NCBI GenBank assembly: GCA_964247055.1
Contig: OZ176052.1
Span: 11,904,001-11,968,000, forward strand
Direction of reading: 5' to 3'
Length of the DNA: 64,000 nt
Source: Paragordius varius
Lineage: Eukaryota; Animalia; Nematomorpha
Shown here: piece by piece, positions 12,330-26,600 of the stretch
Numbering within the stretch: the first letter of the stretch is position 1
Layout: the number at the start of each line of letters is the position of its first letter
Position numbers and translations under genes: made by a program
Notes under the pieces: generated by a model
Databases searched by the model: none
The model's input: only the letters and a program-made list of their open reading frames with translations
What the model was told of the DNA's origin: nothing

Positions 12330-13790
12330 TTCCCAGAAATATGTTCGACTGAACTCGTATGGCTTCTTAAGTTTTTTAAAAATTAGCAAACCATTTTTAT
12401 ATGTCAGTTTTAAACCGGTAGACCCCTAGCCATAGATCTATATGGAAAAAGCGCCGAGTTAAATGCTTTGCCTTTATAGGGCAAAAATATAAAAACGTTT
12501 GACCTTAATTTTTACCTAGTTACGGATAATATTTCAAGCTTTTAATGAGCTCATATGGCTTCATAAATGTTCTGTAAATTAGCTCCAAAACAACGGAATT
12601 TCTATATAGTGGCTCAGTTTTTGGCGTGTAGCTCCTTACCCAGGGGTAGGTATAAAATAGCGTTCGGCAAAATTCTGCCTTTATATGGAGAATACCTGGA
12701 ATTATCATGGATTTCATGTCTTCCTATTAGTCTCATAGGTTTTCTGAAATTTGGCTCCAAAGGCATGCTGTATCGATATGGTGACGCAGTTTTACGTGGG
12801 TAGCCCCCTAACCAGGGGTGAAACAAAAAAACGCTTGATTAAAATTTTTGCCTAATTCGGGTAATACCTGGAATCATGATTCATTTCATATGCTCAGTGG
12901 GATATTCGAAAAATCGCCTCAAAACCAAAAAGTCATTCTATGGTGGCGCATTTTTCAGGGCAAGAGGCTAATTAAGGGGTAATTTAATAAAACCGCTCTA
13001 CTTAAATTTTTGCCTTTTTACGGGTAATTTTTCAGGCCCTTATTAAACTTTGGCCTGATAAGCTTTCTGGAAATTAACTCCTAAACAAAGCAATTTCGAT
13101 GTGGTGGCGCAGTTGTAGGCGGGTAGCTCCCTACCCTTAGGCTGATACAAAAAAGCGCTTGATTAAAATTTTTGCCTTTTTACGGAGAATACCTGGATTC
13201 ATGATTGATTCCATATGCTCTCATTAGTTTTTGGAAAAATTGCCTCAAAACAAAAAAATAATTCTATTGTGGCGCAATTTTCAGGGCGTGAAGGGCCTAA
13301 TTAACGGCTAATTTTAAAGCCACGACCTAAATTTTTGGTTCGTTACGGGTAAAAATTTAAGCAGCTATTGAACTCATATGGCCTGATAGGTTTTCTAAAA
13401 TTTAGCCCCAAAAGCACGCTATTATGATATGAGGGGGCAGTTTTTAGCGGGTATCTCCTTACTCAGCAGCCAATATAAAAAAACGCACGATTTTTGCCTT
13501 TTAACAGGGAATACTTGGAACCTGGGCAAAAAAAGAATCAAAAAATTATTTTTGTGAACCTAGTTTTTTTGAAAAAAATGGCATTTTACGGGGGGAGCGG
13601 GTAAAAAGAAGACCTAAATTAAAAAAGCGAGCCGACTATGTTTGACGCATTCGAAAATAAGTAAAAAAAATCATTTGAAATCGAATGGTCCAACACGTTT
13701 TCCGGAAATCTTAGACACGATTTTTGTGTTGTTTTCAAAAAAGGCGTTTTTTACACCAGGTGAGCCCAACTGGGGGCCTAATTCAAAAAA
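12330..13790 (+). repeat. Element with about 7-8 degenerate tandem units of about 160 bp and a dimeric higher-order pattern
   Basis: The motif AAATTTTTGCC..TTACGG..AATACCTGGA recurs near 12510, 12670, 12845, 13005, 13170, 13330 and 13490. Alternate units (12858 vs 13182, 13021 vs 13345) are most alike. Confidence 0.75.
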
Positions 13791-16514
13791 AGAGCGAAGC
13801 TATTTTCGGGGTCATTAATGATTATATTTTTTCGACATTTGGATTTAAGGGGGTCTACCGGTTTCCCGGAAGCAAATCACAAAGCCAGCGTTTTCCATTT
13901 TTATAAAATATAGATTAGTAATAGTGCACATAATTTTCAGGGTGAATTTAATTGTTGGGTGAATTGAACTGTTTGATGGTGAATTCGAATTGGTCAAGGG
14001 CGATTTTGATTTGATTTTTTTAATGCACAAATTGATAGGAAATTTGAAAACTTATTTTATGTAATTTTAGGATAGTGCCATATTAAGCCAATATTTTTGA
14101 TAGTTTATAAAAATTATTCAAAGTTAACATCAATTTGTATGGAAGGGTTTAGAACAGGAACCTCCAACATAAATGGCTTTGCGGTCGTCAAAAATATCGG
14201 CGGGCCACATATGAATATATACCAATAATTAATTTATTAAATTTTAAATATATAATTACGAACTATTTCAAAATTTTTTAAGAAATATCAATTTTAATTA
14301 GATATGGGCATATTTTTGCAAATTTTGAATTTCCAAATTTTTGGGTCGCACATAGAGTGTCGGAAGGCCGCGTGTTGAAAGCCCTTGGAACTTCTATATA
14401 ATTTTATAAGATAGGTTGAGCCTTATTTAGGATAATTTTCGTAACATTCATAAATTTTAGATGACTATTGGTAGCATGAACAAGTCTTTATTGCCTTGAG
14501 AAATCGTTTATACCTAAATTATTTTTATCCATATTTTTTGGCTTAATTTGTGAATTACTTTTATTTTTAATGCTACCTTGCCAAGAGCTATTTTGAATCA
14601 TAAAAAATTACCACATACAATGTATATCTATTTAAAAACATTTTTAATAATATTTAGATTTTATTTTGAGGAACAAAAACAGTACTAGTGTATATTTATG
14701 TTAGCTTTGCGACAAAAGAGCAAAATTACAAAAGAGGTAGGTAGGAGATGAGCAATTGTCAAAGCACAACATGTGGAAAAAAATATTTTTTTATTTATTC
14801 ATCATTTCATCGGTCAAACACCTTTCACTAAAATTAACAATACTTGAATAATATGGTAATTATATGTAAAATTATTTTCCATTGTTTTCATAAATATATA
14901 TATATATAAAAATACTCATATATGAATATATTTTGTAGTAGATTCATATTTTGTATTAAGTCAAAATAGAGACAATATTGTTTGGTTGGTACATCAATTT
15001 AAAGTATTGTATCCTATTTTATATATAAAAAATTTCAACTTAGTAAGTTTGTATACTAAAAAATAAACACGGATTTAAACCTGTCAAAAAATAGTTAATA
15101 TAACTTTTTTTCAATTTATTTTAACAAAAATGTTATAAGATTATTATATAATAAACATTTTTACTTCGCACCCATCAATAAATTTCAAATAGTAAATTAT
15201 GAATTTTAGAATCAAAACTTAAGCGAGAAATCATTAATTTTGATTAACTAAAAACATTCAAAGAATGGCTTTGGCGTTTCGTTGAATTTTCATATATTAA
15301 ATTTATCGATTTGATTTGGACTAATTAACTTGAAAATGATGCTTTATTTTAGTGGCATGCCGAGTTGGGTTAAAAAACTATAATGCTTGGAATATCAGAA
15401 CTGCGATACCGACAATAAAAGTTAAGAATTTTAAAATACGTATAAAACACCTGTAAATTAAGTGTAGGGTCGTGATAATTAGTATTACCATATATGCAAA
15501 GTTGAGCAAATAACTTTTAAAGGGACTGTATAAATGAAATTTGATATACAATTTAATTTTTATAACACATTATGTAATTTTGGTATAATGTAATAACATG
15601 TGTTTATTTGATTAAATGGTACATTTTAAACGGTCATAGTCACGGCCAGATATTTCAAACTTGCAATTTATAAAGTAGTTTTTGAGCCCTAAGAATTTAA
15701 TGAAACCAAAGATAGTTTAACCCTCTTAGCCTTAACTTTAAGAAGTTTAGAATTTCCCGGTAAAAAATATATATGATACATACATTTATTACAGATATTT
15801 ATTTGGAATGCTAATAGATAAATAGATTTACGCACTATTGTATAAAAATATGAATGTAGTAAATGGTTTATAGTAATGATAAATGCATATTTGTGGATAT
15901 ATAATGCATACGATTTTGAAAAATAATTTATAACAAAACGTCATCTAAAATTACTAATTATGATTTTTATTAGCTATTCGTATTTTGTAAACATTTTATT
16001 ATGTTTAAAGTTGAAAGTATAAATTTACACAAATTACGTAAAGATTATTAACAAAAATGGATAATATTTTATTATGTTAAATGGAATGTGTGTTGGGAAT
16101 TGGAGATTCGAAAATTTGATAATTAGGGATTTTTTTTGAATAACCTTCTTGATAGGCTGTGAGTAAATAAAAATGCAGAGCACAATCGATTTTAATATAT
16201 TGATATTATGACGGATAAAATGATAAAAATATTATAGAATACCTTATAAACAACTTTGGTAAATATATTAATACATCATTACGGAATGTTTAAATGAAAA
16301 ATAATAATAAAATTTACTACAGATTATTTTTCTAACAGGGAATTTGGCTAAAAATATTAATATAAAATATATTATTATGCAAGATTTGGTATAATTTATA
16401 TATTATTATGAATGTGCAAAAAATAATATTAGATAAAATGCATATATAATGTAAAATTGGGCAAAGATTAGTGTAGGGCATTGTATAGGTTTGCATTCGT
16501 GATCCAGTTTGATA

Positions 16515-16778
16515 CAGTCAAATTTAAACGAATTCCTGTATGAGTAAGAAGACATTGCTAGTTTTTTTTATCAATTATTGCCTGATAGGATATTTAACAA
16601 AAAGCAATATTGGCCTATAGTTATTTGATCTCATTTAACTGCTTTTAGTATAATAATGCTCTTTGCTGCATATGCTCTCTGACAGTATTTATAAAAACAG
16701 CAATATATTCCTATTCATACCATATAATTTGTTTGCCTGCAAAGTTTATTTTCATTTTACAATATTTCAACATGACTG
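16515..16778. mobile_element. Short MITE with inverted termini (TA|CAGTCA...TGACTG|TA)
   Basis: GTTTGATACAGTCA at 16507-16520 is the reverse complement of TGACTGTATCAAAC at 16773-16786. An internal block (ATAATA..CTCTTTGCTGCATATGCT) is shared with about 38690-38730. Confidence 0.6.
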
Positions 16779-17248
16779 TATCAAACCTGAAGTTTATATA
16801 AAAAAAACATGTATGTAAAGTAAAAGTTGCATTGTTTGCAATGAAATATAAATATTGTTAATACATTTTATATTTTATTATAGATTGTGATGAGGTATGC
16901 ATAGTGGCTTAAAAGTATATAAATTTGATTAAAATATAATAAATAATATTTTTGTTTAATTTTTAATATAAACAATTTCGATTTCTTTAAGTTTTTTGGA
17001 CTAATAAATGCATTTAACTTTACTGCTTAGAGATGATGGATTTAATAACCAATGAAAAAAATAGCATTATAAATAAATTATTATTATAACCAAAAAATAT
17101 ATAACTGACATTAACTACATTTATACTTTATCTCAGTTGTTATAGTGTATCAATATATGCCGTAGCATATCAGGCGTCCTAAAAAGCATAAAATATAAAC
17201 AAACGCCTTTTTAGTGTCAAATAAAAAATAGTTTTCATAACCATTTGC

Positions 17249-20200
17249 TTAAGAGTGAGTTTCATTGGTGCCATTTTTGGGAATGTCAAACATTTCAGCA
17301 AACAGGGGTGGCACATGTAAGCGTTGCCATCGTTGTCGATACCAAGCCATAGTTTCATCATGTTTTCGGCCCAAATTTTGTAGTTCAGGGATACTACTCA
17401 TCATGTTGGCGAATAAGTGGGATTCTGCGCTATGGTTTCGATTCATTTGAAACTTGAGCGATTCTATCAACCGCTCCCGCATATCCCCAATCTTTTTGTA
17501 GTCATAACACTTACTTTGAACGCCATTCATTGAATGTTTTTGCATTGGTTTATTGGGGTTATTATTACTTGAATCAGCGTGCGTTGCATATCCATTTAAA
17601 GCACAATCCCGTTTACCGGTCGTTGAGGCTAACAACACGATAGCAGTGAATAAACCTATCTCCGTATCATTACAGTGTATAGCGTTAAAAGTGACGGAAA
17701 AACTATGGAATGCATTCACAAGCTCCTGAGTGTAAATAAGGACAAGTTGATCACGGGTTATATATGTACCATCACCCAGATTCAGGGAACAATCAACCGG
17801 ATTTAACATACGCGCTACACGTACCAACCAAACTTGGAAGAAGCTTGCTTTAACCAGTACCAGCTGATCATCTTGGACCAAGTCTCCGAATCCCGGAATC
17901 CTTTTAGCAAATTCGACTACACGTTGTATGGCAGGAGTTATGACTATACTAGCATACTGTTCGCACAAATAAACCTTCCAACTCTCTATCTGTCCAGCTT
18001 CGTCCGAATTTTTGGTGTTTGGATTGAAGTTTAAAACAAGTCCCGGTACAGAAGAAAGTGCTAATTCCGTAGGTTTCCGCAAACATTTCCCTAAACCACC
18101 GCCCTCGCCGTTGCTCATTCTATATAGTTTTTCATCAGTGTAAGCGCAAGTATTGTGATGAGCTTGCGAGATGGTTATGATTATGTCATAAAGGGAAACA
18201 TGTTTCACTAACGAATTATTTTCATCTGTTAGCGAATTGCTACCGACTGAGCCATTTACATTATTATTGTGATTATTTTTACCCATTTTAGGGAGACTTT
18301 GATTCATGCCGGGCAAATTTCCCATTTGCAAAATGTCTGAAGATGACAGAAGAGCTTGATTTGCGCCAAGTGAAAATGAACTATTGGAGTTTTCCTCGAA
18401 AGATAGATTTGGAAGTATGGTGCTATCTACAGAATTGCTTGACGTGGAATAATTAATTAGGGGTAAATTTTGATTGGCTCCCATACGCCTAAATTCTTCT
18501 TCGGCCTTTTCTCGACATCTTTTTGGCACTCTGCCATAACGTACAGCATCACGAGACATACCTACGGCTAAACATTTCTTGAATCTGCAATATTGGCACC
18601 TGTTTCGATTCAAGCGAACGATAGAGCATTTGCCCTCTCGGAGACATCGGTATTCGATTTGTTTTTGAATGCTGCGCCGAAAGAAACCTTTGCAGCCTTC
18701 ACAAGATGTAACTCCATAATGATATCCCGAGGCCCTATCACCACATACCTTACATGGTACAAACGGTTGTTTAGGACTATTGGAATCTGCCGCAGTAACA
18801 AGATGTCGCTCCAACATATTGTTTAAGGGTGCTGAAGTATGAGATCCATCTATACCATTGCCATTCGGATTTTCACTAGATTTGTTGTAATCGAGCATAT
18901 AATTACCATTTATTTCGCTTTCACGGGCATGGGAGGTACTAGTTACTGAATTTGCCGCATAATTTCCTGAATTATATTTGTTGATTTGCAAGGAGGGTGA
19001 AAGATACGAGGAATGCTGTTGACCAACTGTTTGATTGTAAAAATTATTGTTTCCATTATAAAAGTTATTACTGTTGTTGTTTGTTAGTGAAGAGGAATCA
19101 GCCATATTTTGAATACCAACCCCATTTCTATTGGCATATGCATATAAATGATGGGACGGTTTACCATTTTCATGCACAGACAAAGAAGCGCTACCCTTTA
19201 TTTTTGTGTTTGAAATGGCCGTAGTAGAATTGCCAGAATTTGGTCCTGTGTAATTGGTCGAACCATTCTCTAACGCATTTTCATCATGTATATAGAACAT
19301 ATTTTTGTCACCATTTGTCATCCCGTCACTTTTAACACTTAAGGTGTCGGCCCCATTCGTTTGATTTTGCGGCGTTTGAATTTCCTTTATACCGCAATTT
19401 TTTTCATTATTGTTTGTTATGCTAGCACTGGTTTTTGAACACGATAATGTTTCGTCATGATGCCTTTCACTACTTACCCCGTTATGTGTTTGATGATAAA
19501 ATAAAGCAGGATTAGAATTCATGGTGGATATATCGGGGAAAAAAGGATCATTGCTCCCATTTAATAGATGATTCGAATGGGAATTTTCATTTTTATATTG
19601 ATGAGAATTTTGGGTAGTTGGATGAAAAGTAGCTCTATTACCATTTAGACTTGTATCATGAATGTCCCCACCAAGGTGCTGGGGTGAGTTAGTGTTATAT
19701 AAGGAATTAATAGGTATATTGTTGAAGGATAAAAACTCATCCTTCATAACACATTTATCATTTAAGTTGTCTAGGGCATTATCACATTGGGTAGTGGCAT
19801 CAGTATCTTGAATATCGGATTTAATCATGCCAGCAAAAGAATCTATGTATTGTTGAAATATATTGTTGGAGTTAGAACCGTTACAGTTATTCATTGTTTT
19901 GGGATTTTTGGTGGACAATCCAATAGTGTTTAACCCATTGTTTATGTTGCAATCTGTAGCAAGAAAATCGTGATCTTGAAAAGGGTCATTTGCTTCAGTG
20001 TTGGGTACTTCGTTGCCGCACAAAATGTTATTTATGTTAAGCAAATCTTCTTCGGAGTTCATATCACTCAAACCGTTAAAATCTTTTAAACAGTTCCCCG
20101 TATGATAATCTAGCAAATCGGAGGAGGAGTCATTCATAGAATTCAATGCTGCATTACTATTACTGCCTGTATTGTTATTGCTTCTGTAATTATTGGTGGA

Positions 20201-20278
20201 CAAGAAATTGGTTGGCTGAAAATTGGACGATGACTTGTTGGAGTTAAATGAGATAGTAGCTTCCCCACCAACCGACAT
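17249..20278 (-). CDS. E78: Nuclear receptor E78 (ecdysone-induced protein 78C-like, NR1 subfamily), 1009 aa, single coding exon
   Basis: The [82 protein letters not shown] carries the E78-type [12 protein letters not shown] segment (about 18560-18754). The LBD has [20 protein letters not shown] and a C-terminal [11 protein letters not shown]. Long Asn/Ser-rich N-terminus. Confidence 0.92.
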   Translation of the reverse strand: MSVGGEATISFNSNKSSSNFQPTNFLSTNNYRSNNNTGSNSNAALNSMNDSSSDLLDYHTGNCLKDFNGLSDMNSEEDLLNINNILCGNEVPNTEANDPFQDHDFLATDCNINNGLNTIGLSTKNPKTMNNCNGSNSNNIFQQYIDSFAGMIKSDIQDTDATTQCDNALDNLNDKCVMKDEFLSFNNIPINSLYNTNSPQHLGGDIHDTSLNGNRATFHPTTQNSHQYKNENSHSNHLLNGSNDPFFPDISTMNSNPALFYHQTHNGVSSERHHDETLSCSKTSASITNNNEKNCGIKEIQTPQNQTNGADTLSVKSDGMTNGDKNMFYIHDENALENGSTNYTGPNSGNSTTAISNTKIKGSASLSVHENGKPSHHLYAYANRNGVGIQNMADSSSLTNNNSNNFYNGNNNFYNQTVGQQHSSYLSPSLQINKYNSGNYAANSVTSTSHARESEINGNYMLDYNKSSENPNGNGIDGSHTSAPLNNMLERHLVTAADSNSPKQPFVPCKVCGDRASGYHYGVTSCEGCKGFFRRSIQKQIEYRCLREGKCSIVRLNRNRCQYCRFKKCLAVGMSRDAVRYGRVPKRCREKAEEEFRRMGANQNLPLINYSTSSNSVDSTILPNLSFEENSNSSFSLGANQALLSSSDILQMGNLPGMNQSLPKMGKNNHNNNVNGSVGSNSLTDENNSLVKHVSLYDIIITISQAHHNTCAYTDEKLYRMSNGEGGGLGKCLRKPTELALSSVPGLVLNFNPNTKNSDEAGQIESWKVYLCEQYASIVITPAIQRVVEFAKRIPGFGDLVQDDQLVLVKASFFQVWLVRVARMLNPVDCSLNLGDGTYITRDQLVLIYTQELVNAFHSFSVTFNAIHCNDTEIGLFTAIVLLASTTGKRDCALNGYATHADSSNNNPNKPMQKHSMNGVQSKCYDYKKIGDMRERLIESLKFQMNRNHSAESHLFANMMSSIPELQNLGRKHDETMAWYRQRWQRLHVPPLFAEMFDIPKNGTNETHS

Positions 20279-23200
20279 TTTTAAGACTATTTTTATAATT
20301 TATTTTGGTTCAAAACCAGGGCATTTTCAGTTTTAGGGATATAGCACAAGTTAGACATAATTGTTTTTCTAGTATTCACGCTAAAGAGTTGAAATAAAAT
20401 ACAAAGTTAGAGGTGTAAGATCTCGAAAACAAATTTCCTCTTTATATGTATGCATAAAAAATTATCCTATAAAAATGATAATTAACGGTATCAACTCGTG
20501 CAATGTATCTCTGATGTTACATAACAGCATCGTCGTTAAAAATCTTTGATACGGTTTGACAATTATACACTTTTTATTAGTGCTGTATTATGCTAAGCTA
20601 TGGTATACTATTTTGGACAATTAAAATTTAAAATAATTCTTATAATTTATGAGATTTTATTTATAAAGAAGATGTAGCCCCCTTAAGGCAACTTTTCCAA
20701 ATTAAAAAGGCTAACAAAAAAATAAAAATTAAATTTTTTATGGTTAAGAAGCAGCAAAATTATCATTATATTTATGGTGTAGCCAAAACATTTTTATCTA
20801 GTAGTATGGTTTTATACAATTAACATTTAAAGCTAATGAAACCTAAAAAATACCAAGATAATTACCTTAGAAATTAGTTAAAATATTTTCTAAACCTTAA
20901 AAATTAGTTAAAATATTTTCAAATGTTAATGTGATTGAAAATTAAAGTAATTTGTTGAAATATTTCAATAATCTTGATTGTATGCTATATTATAATCGCC
21001 TTAAAACTTTGGTTACAACCGTAAACTTGTACGGTTTGTTAATGATTTTTTCGATCAACCTGATTAATTTATTCCATAAAAGTGTTAATACCGTGTGATA
21101 ATTCGGTCATTTAAATGCTATTAAATTGAATATCCCCAAAGCTTAAAATTTATTAAACTGATGTCTTATTTATATTATATATTATTCGTAATCGTTATCA
21201 ATATTTAGGAGTTAATAAATAATATTAACAAAAGCCCTGTTGCCTAAGTAATATACTAAGAAAAGCAAACGGAAAGCCAAAGTTTGAATCTGAAAACTGA
21301 AAGTGTCAGGCGCGAGCAAGCAAGGGTTGAAGCTTTCTTAGTTATTAATTAATTTTAAGTCCTTACCATTTATTTAACAAAGGAGAATGAAACTGTATCA
21401 TAAATCATATCTAATAATGAATAATAACAAATTTTACAATTTATTAATTTAAAAACGGCTTAAGGTTAATCCATCATTATTTACCATAAATTTAATAGTT
21501 GTTTTGTTAAACAAGAAACTAACACAATTAAAAAACGGTTAGGCGGTATCGGTTATATATTGCATGCTTTGACAATCTGTAGAATTTGGATATAGACTGA
21601 AAAGGTTACGTTGAACTATTATCTGAAGTCATCATGATTATTTTATGCTATAAATATATAACCATATTTAAACCATGAATGCAGACTTAAGACAAAATTA
21701 ACTATTGTTGAATGTAAACAAACAATAAAAATGATATTTCGAAATATTTTTTTATTAGAAATTCAGTCCGTTATTTAGGTCATGTTTATCTACTTTCATG
21801 ATAAGCACATCATCCCATCCCGCTTAAGATAAAAGATTTAACCATTTACATTTTTTATATATACATGATAAATATATTTATGTAAAGTTGTTTTCCACAA
21901 TTGCAATACGAAATAGCCAATAGGCAAATATTTTCGTCAAATATAACGGTAATTACTTTCAAGTTTTTGTTATGAAAACAAGGATCATTTATCATAAATG
22001 AAAATATAACCAAACTTTTATTTATTGCTAGATATTTCATAGCACTTTTTTGCTAACCGAGGAAATTTGAAAAACAATAAATAAATTGGAAGATTTTAAA
22101 AATAGAACATAAGCAATCTCTATATCATTTTTTTCAATTTATATAAATGGACAAAATACTCCACTATAGAGTCCTACTTCGACTATATTATATTAAATTA
22201 CGGGTTTTGTATAATTGGTGTTTTTAGTTTTGATGCTTAACCAATTGCCAAAAGAAAACAAAACAGATGTGGGAAGAACATTATGGTTTTACATACGCTA
22301 CCAACAAAACGTTAAATAATAAAACCCTTAAACAAGCCTTATTTTTGATGGGTACTAAATTATAATTCTGTCAGATTATCGTTTGCTACAAATCATAGGT
22401 CAAACAAAACAAATAAAAAATAAACCAAATTAAAAGTTACTAAGGCAGTAATGTCCAACACAAATGGCTTCTCGAACCGCATTTTCATATAGGAAATTAT
22501 TTTTATTAGATTTCAAACATAAGATTGTTAAGACAAACACAATCTAATAGTTTTTTCAAGTTGGGTGCCGATTATATATATTTATCAATTTTTTTAAGGA
22601 AAGATCATTAAGTTTTTATAAGCCTTTTGTAAATTATGGATTTTCAAATTTTGCCGAACATAATGTCTCATAGGGCCGAGTGTTGGACAACCCTGCTTTA
22701 AGAATATTGAATTAATTTCTATAATTACAACAGACATTCTTAATCAAAATAGAACTAACTTAAAGACCTTAATGTTTAAATTTTAAAAGCAATTGGTAAT
22801 TATAAAAAATTTCCAAACATTATAAAAACAGGTTATCGAAAATCAAATTGGAAAAGTTAACTATGAAAATATTTTAAGAGTTAAGTTCATAATAATAATT
22901 TTAAACGATTCTATATGACAACCCTTAAAATAACCCCTCGCGCTACTAATCAACTTACACTGATCATATGCACTTTTTTGATTTAGAATAAGTTTGTTTT
23001 TTATCGTTAATTATGTTCATACAAACTAACTTTATGGGTATTTTCGAGCCATAATAAACTAAAAAAACAAAACGGATAATATAAATTTTAATGTTTTTCC
23101 TTGAATGTTTTTAAGGGAAAAAGCGAATATCGATTCGGGTTATTAAAGTTCAATTTTAATTTTCAAAAAAGGGTCATGATGCGGATATTGAACCATGTAT

Positions 23201-24366
23201 TTTTCCCACCAAAGGGCTCATTATGAGGGATCACTAAAAATTTACTGAGATGTTAGGAGCTAATATCGAAAAGATTATGAATAAAATGGTTTAAAACAGA
23301 ATGAAAAGCATAAAAAATAAAACTAAGATTCTTACATCTAATATTTTTTACCAATAATAATTTTGGGATGCATTAAAAATTAACTAACTTATTTAATTAA
23401 GATACAGCCAAATTATTAAATAATCTATTGTATATATTAGATTTTTATTTATCGGTATAAATGACCCAACGATGAAAACAAAACATATAAAAAATAAAAA
23501 ACCACGTCAAGTAGTTTCCAGAATTATTGCGACTGAAATATATAAGTTTGGGGTTAGGCCTGATCCAGAATAAAATCCGATTTCAAAAGATGTAAATTAG
23601 CTATATCTGACTGCTTTACTTAAATTATAAATTAAGCTAAATAAATAATTGGGAAATATTGTGAATAGGTTTCTTCTATTACGTTATATTATTGGCCATC
23701 ATTTTTTTCGATTGGATTTGGTATAATGAAAATATTTCTCTGCCATATGTAAAATGCTTTTTCATAATCAATCTGAAAAATTACAATTTTTTAAAAATTA
23801 TTATTAAGTACAAAATTTCGGATAATTGTTATGAATAACACATGATTTTGCTCAAAATAAAGGGAAAAAGCTCAACAAACTTTAAAATCTTTTCATTTAT
23901 AAGAGAGATAGAGAGAGAATAATCATATAAAAGAAAACGACATTTTTAATAGTATATGTAAAAAGTATTATATATAAAATATATTTAAACAAGTCATCGT
24001 CATGTAATTATCTATAAAGAAATACCTTATCAAATTTACAAAACTTATAATTATTTTATATATATATGCACACAAAATATGATCAAATACATATATGTGT
24101 ATATATACAGGAGTTGAACACATATATAAATATACAGAGAAAGGTAGTATAAGTACATATATTTCTGATTCAATCTATTATTCCCCTGTTTTCATTATTC
24201 TTCTCATATGTTTTCTCATTCGTACTTTAGGGGAAAACTTATTATACTTACTTTTTGTAGTTAAAAGTTTTTTTGTGAGTTCTAAACAACTATTTTTTCC
24301 CAAAATAACGTGCAAAGGTATGCGACTGCTGCACACAATATGTAATAGTTGAAATATAATTAAACA

Positions 24367-24397
<31 letters not shown>

Positions 24398-24416
24398 TAA
24401 TATATATATATATATA
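24367..24416. repeat. (TA)n microsatellite, interrupted
   Basis: Two TA runs separated by AATTAAATAA. Confidence 0.9.
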
Positions 24417-26239
24417 ATAAATTATTGTTTAAAATGCAAAAATTATTCCCCCTTAACATAATAATAATAACAATAATATGTAAGACATGGGATAATTTTA
24501 TAAATACTCGGCTTTTTTAACACATACACTTAAGTAACTGTTTTATTCACAAAAAAAGGTACAAACATATATTATACATTTGCTGAAAAGAAGTGATAAA
24601 TAAAAAATTTATAATTATGTTTGCGGAATTGATTATTTAAACACGCAATCACTTGTAAAATTATGCTTAAAATATAAAAAAATATTTATTTTTGAAATTT
24701 GTGTCCGATAATTTAAGAATAATTCTTCGATGTTTTTATAAATAATATGGTTATAAATGCTCAAGACATCTATCGTTTCTTTAATATGAAAACCAAATTT
24801 TCTACCGAAATGGTGTATAAAAATATTTAAAGCTATTTGTTTAATATTACACAAAAAAGAAGTTTACGATAAAAAGTTTTAGAAATTAATATACTGATGA
24901 TAAGACAAAAATCCGAAAATTAACTAATATATCTTGTACTATCTCATATTAATTTATAAGGAAGGGGTGGTGTATATTTCATCGAACGTATAAAAAATTG
25001 ATTACTATTTCTACCTTTATAGAAGTTAGTTTTTTAGATATCTACATATATATGCATTATTTCTTTATCAAAACGTTTTTTTATCATCATTTATAGTTTA
25101 TTTGAATGTGATGAGTTATAGTATAAACGATATATATATATAATTTAATTTATATAATATTTGTGAGTATATATATATATATATATATTATGAAAAATGA
25201 TAAAAAACTTTTGTATATATATAAAGAAAAAAAAAAGAAGATTTTTTTGCTGCTGTGACAAAAAATTGACTCAAAAGGTTATCGACCTTTTTATATATAT
25301 ATCTATATATGTATATGTGTATATACTCAAAACACACAGGTAAAAAGATAGGTAGTAAGTAAAAGGTATGATAATCGTAATATAACAATAATTATATATA
25401 TTTATCATCATAATTTTTTTATATTTATTTACATGTTTAAACAATATCTTTCATATTGCAGCATCAAAAGTCGCTCGCTTGGATTATGTGATTTTAGTAA
25501 ATATATAGAGATAGATTATGGAATCAGTCTTTTTTTACAATTATTTATTCAGCAACATGTTAATTTTTTGGTTTTTGCTTAATAGAAACAAGAATGTCAG
25601 AGGACAAAAAGGTCTCCCTTCTCTCTCTATGTCTGTTAAACGATTCAATTTATTTACATAGAGAGAATAATAAAAATGATTTTTTTTAAATTTTGTAAAT
25701 AGAAAGATGATTAAAACGAGATATAATTTAAGCAGCCTCCCTGCATTTGACTTATAATAATTTATGTTAGCACAGAACATATAATTTTACAATATTATCA
25801 AATACTAAATGCAATTAAAAATGATTTCAAAAAATTAACAATTAAGTCAATACTGATTGGCATCACTATTAAGTAGAGGGGGTTTGTAAAAATACTTTTT
25901 GCACCATATTTTATACCATATTTTTTTTTAATTATATAATTATTTTTCATACAAGAGAAAACCCATTTAATTGAATATTAAATATGTTCATTAAGTAAGT
26001 GCGCCGATTATGGGCTAGTCACTGTTTTAATATAGCCCCTATGTTCGACCCCATCCCCTGTAAAAAGAATAAAAATCCGATGTTAATTGGAATTGATGAT
26101 ACATTTTGTTTGCGATAAAAACAATAAAACCTAATATGGGTCAATATATAAAAACCTTAAAGTTTTTCCTTTAAACATGATAATTTAAAATCTATATTAA
26201 ATCCATATGGTCCAAGATTAGCATCAGAACCACGTTGCT

Positions 26240-26600
26240 ATAATATGGTGTCGCATTAACATTGGAACGGCCGTAGTCGGCGATAAAAAAGTGCTGTGTT
26301 AAATTTTTGCCTTACTAATACCTGAAATCTTCCCTAACTCATATGGTCTTTTATGTTTTCTAATTATTTATTCAACGCCATGTTTATGATAAAGCCTTTT
26401 ATAGAGGGGGGGACCTGCCCAGAAACAAATTAAAAAAGTATTGAGCCAAAAACTTTTCCCTTACACCGAAAATAATTAGCACCCTTATCAGATCTACGGT
26501 CTCATTTGGATAAAGAATAGTAGTTAAGTTAGTTATATTTGGCGCATTTTACATACAGCCCAGCCCTGCTGAGTGGCTAAATAAAAAGCCGAAATTACTC
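26240..26600 (+). repeat. Short remnant (about 2 units) of the 160-bp tandem-array family
   Basis: Contains ATATGGTGTCGCA, TTAAATTTTTGCCTTACTAATACCTGAAA and AACTCATATGG, matching the units at 12.3-13.5 kb. Confidence 0.65.

Noticed and set aside
12330-13530. CRISPR-like array, tRNA/SINE cluster or hammerhead satellite (units contain TGGCGCAGT A-box-like text, CTGATA and one GGGTAG-CTACCC hairpin)
   Set aside because: There is no constant repeat with unique spacers, no B-box or cloverleaf, and no complete CTGANGA/GAAA core. The hairpin is perfect in only one unit.
12413-13863. 15-bp inverted repeat AAACCGGTAGACCCC bracketing the array as possible TIRs
   Set aside because: The left copy is a variant of the GGGTAGCCCC motif in each monomer, no TSD is evident, and the shared end with the 30-kb copy lies elsewhere.
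17265-19224. Short ORFs overlapping E78 on either strand
   Set aside because: Antisense or alternate-frame shadows of a long, GC-richer coding region, with no motifs.
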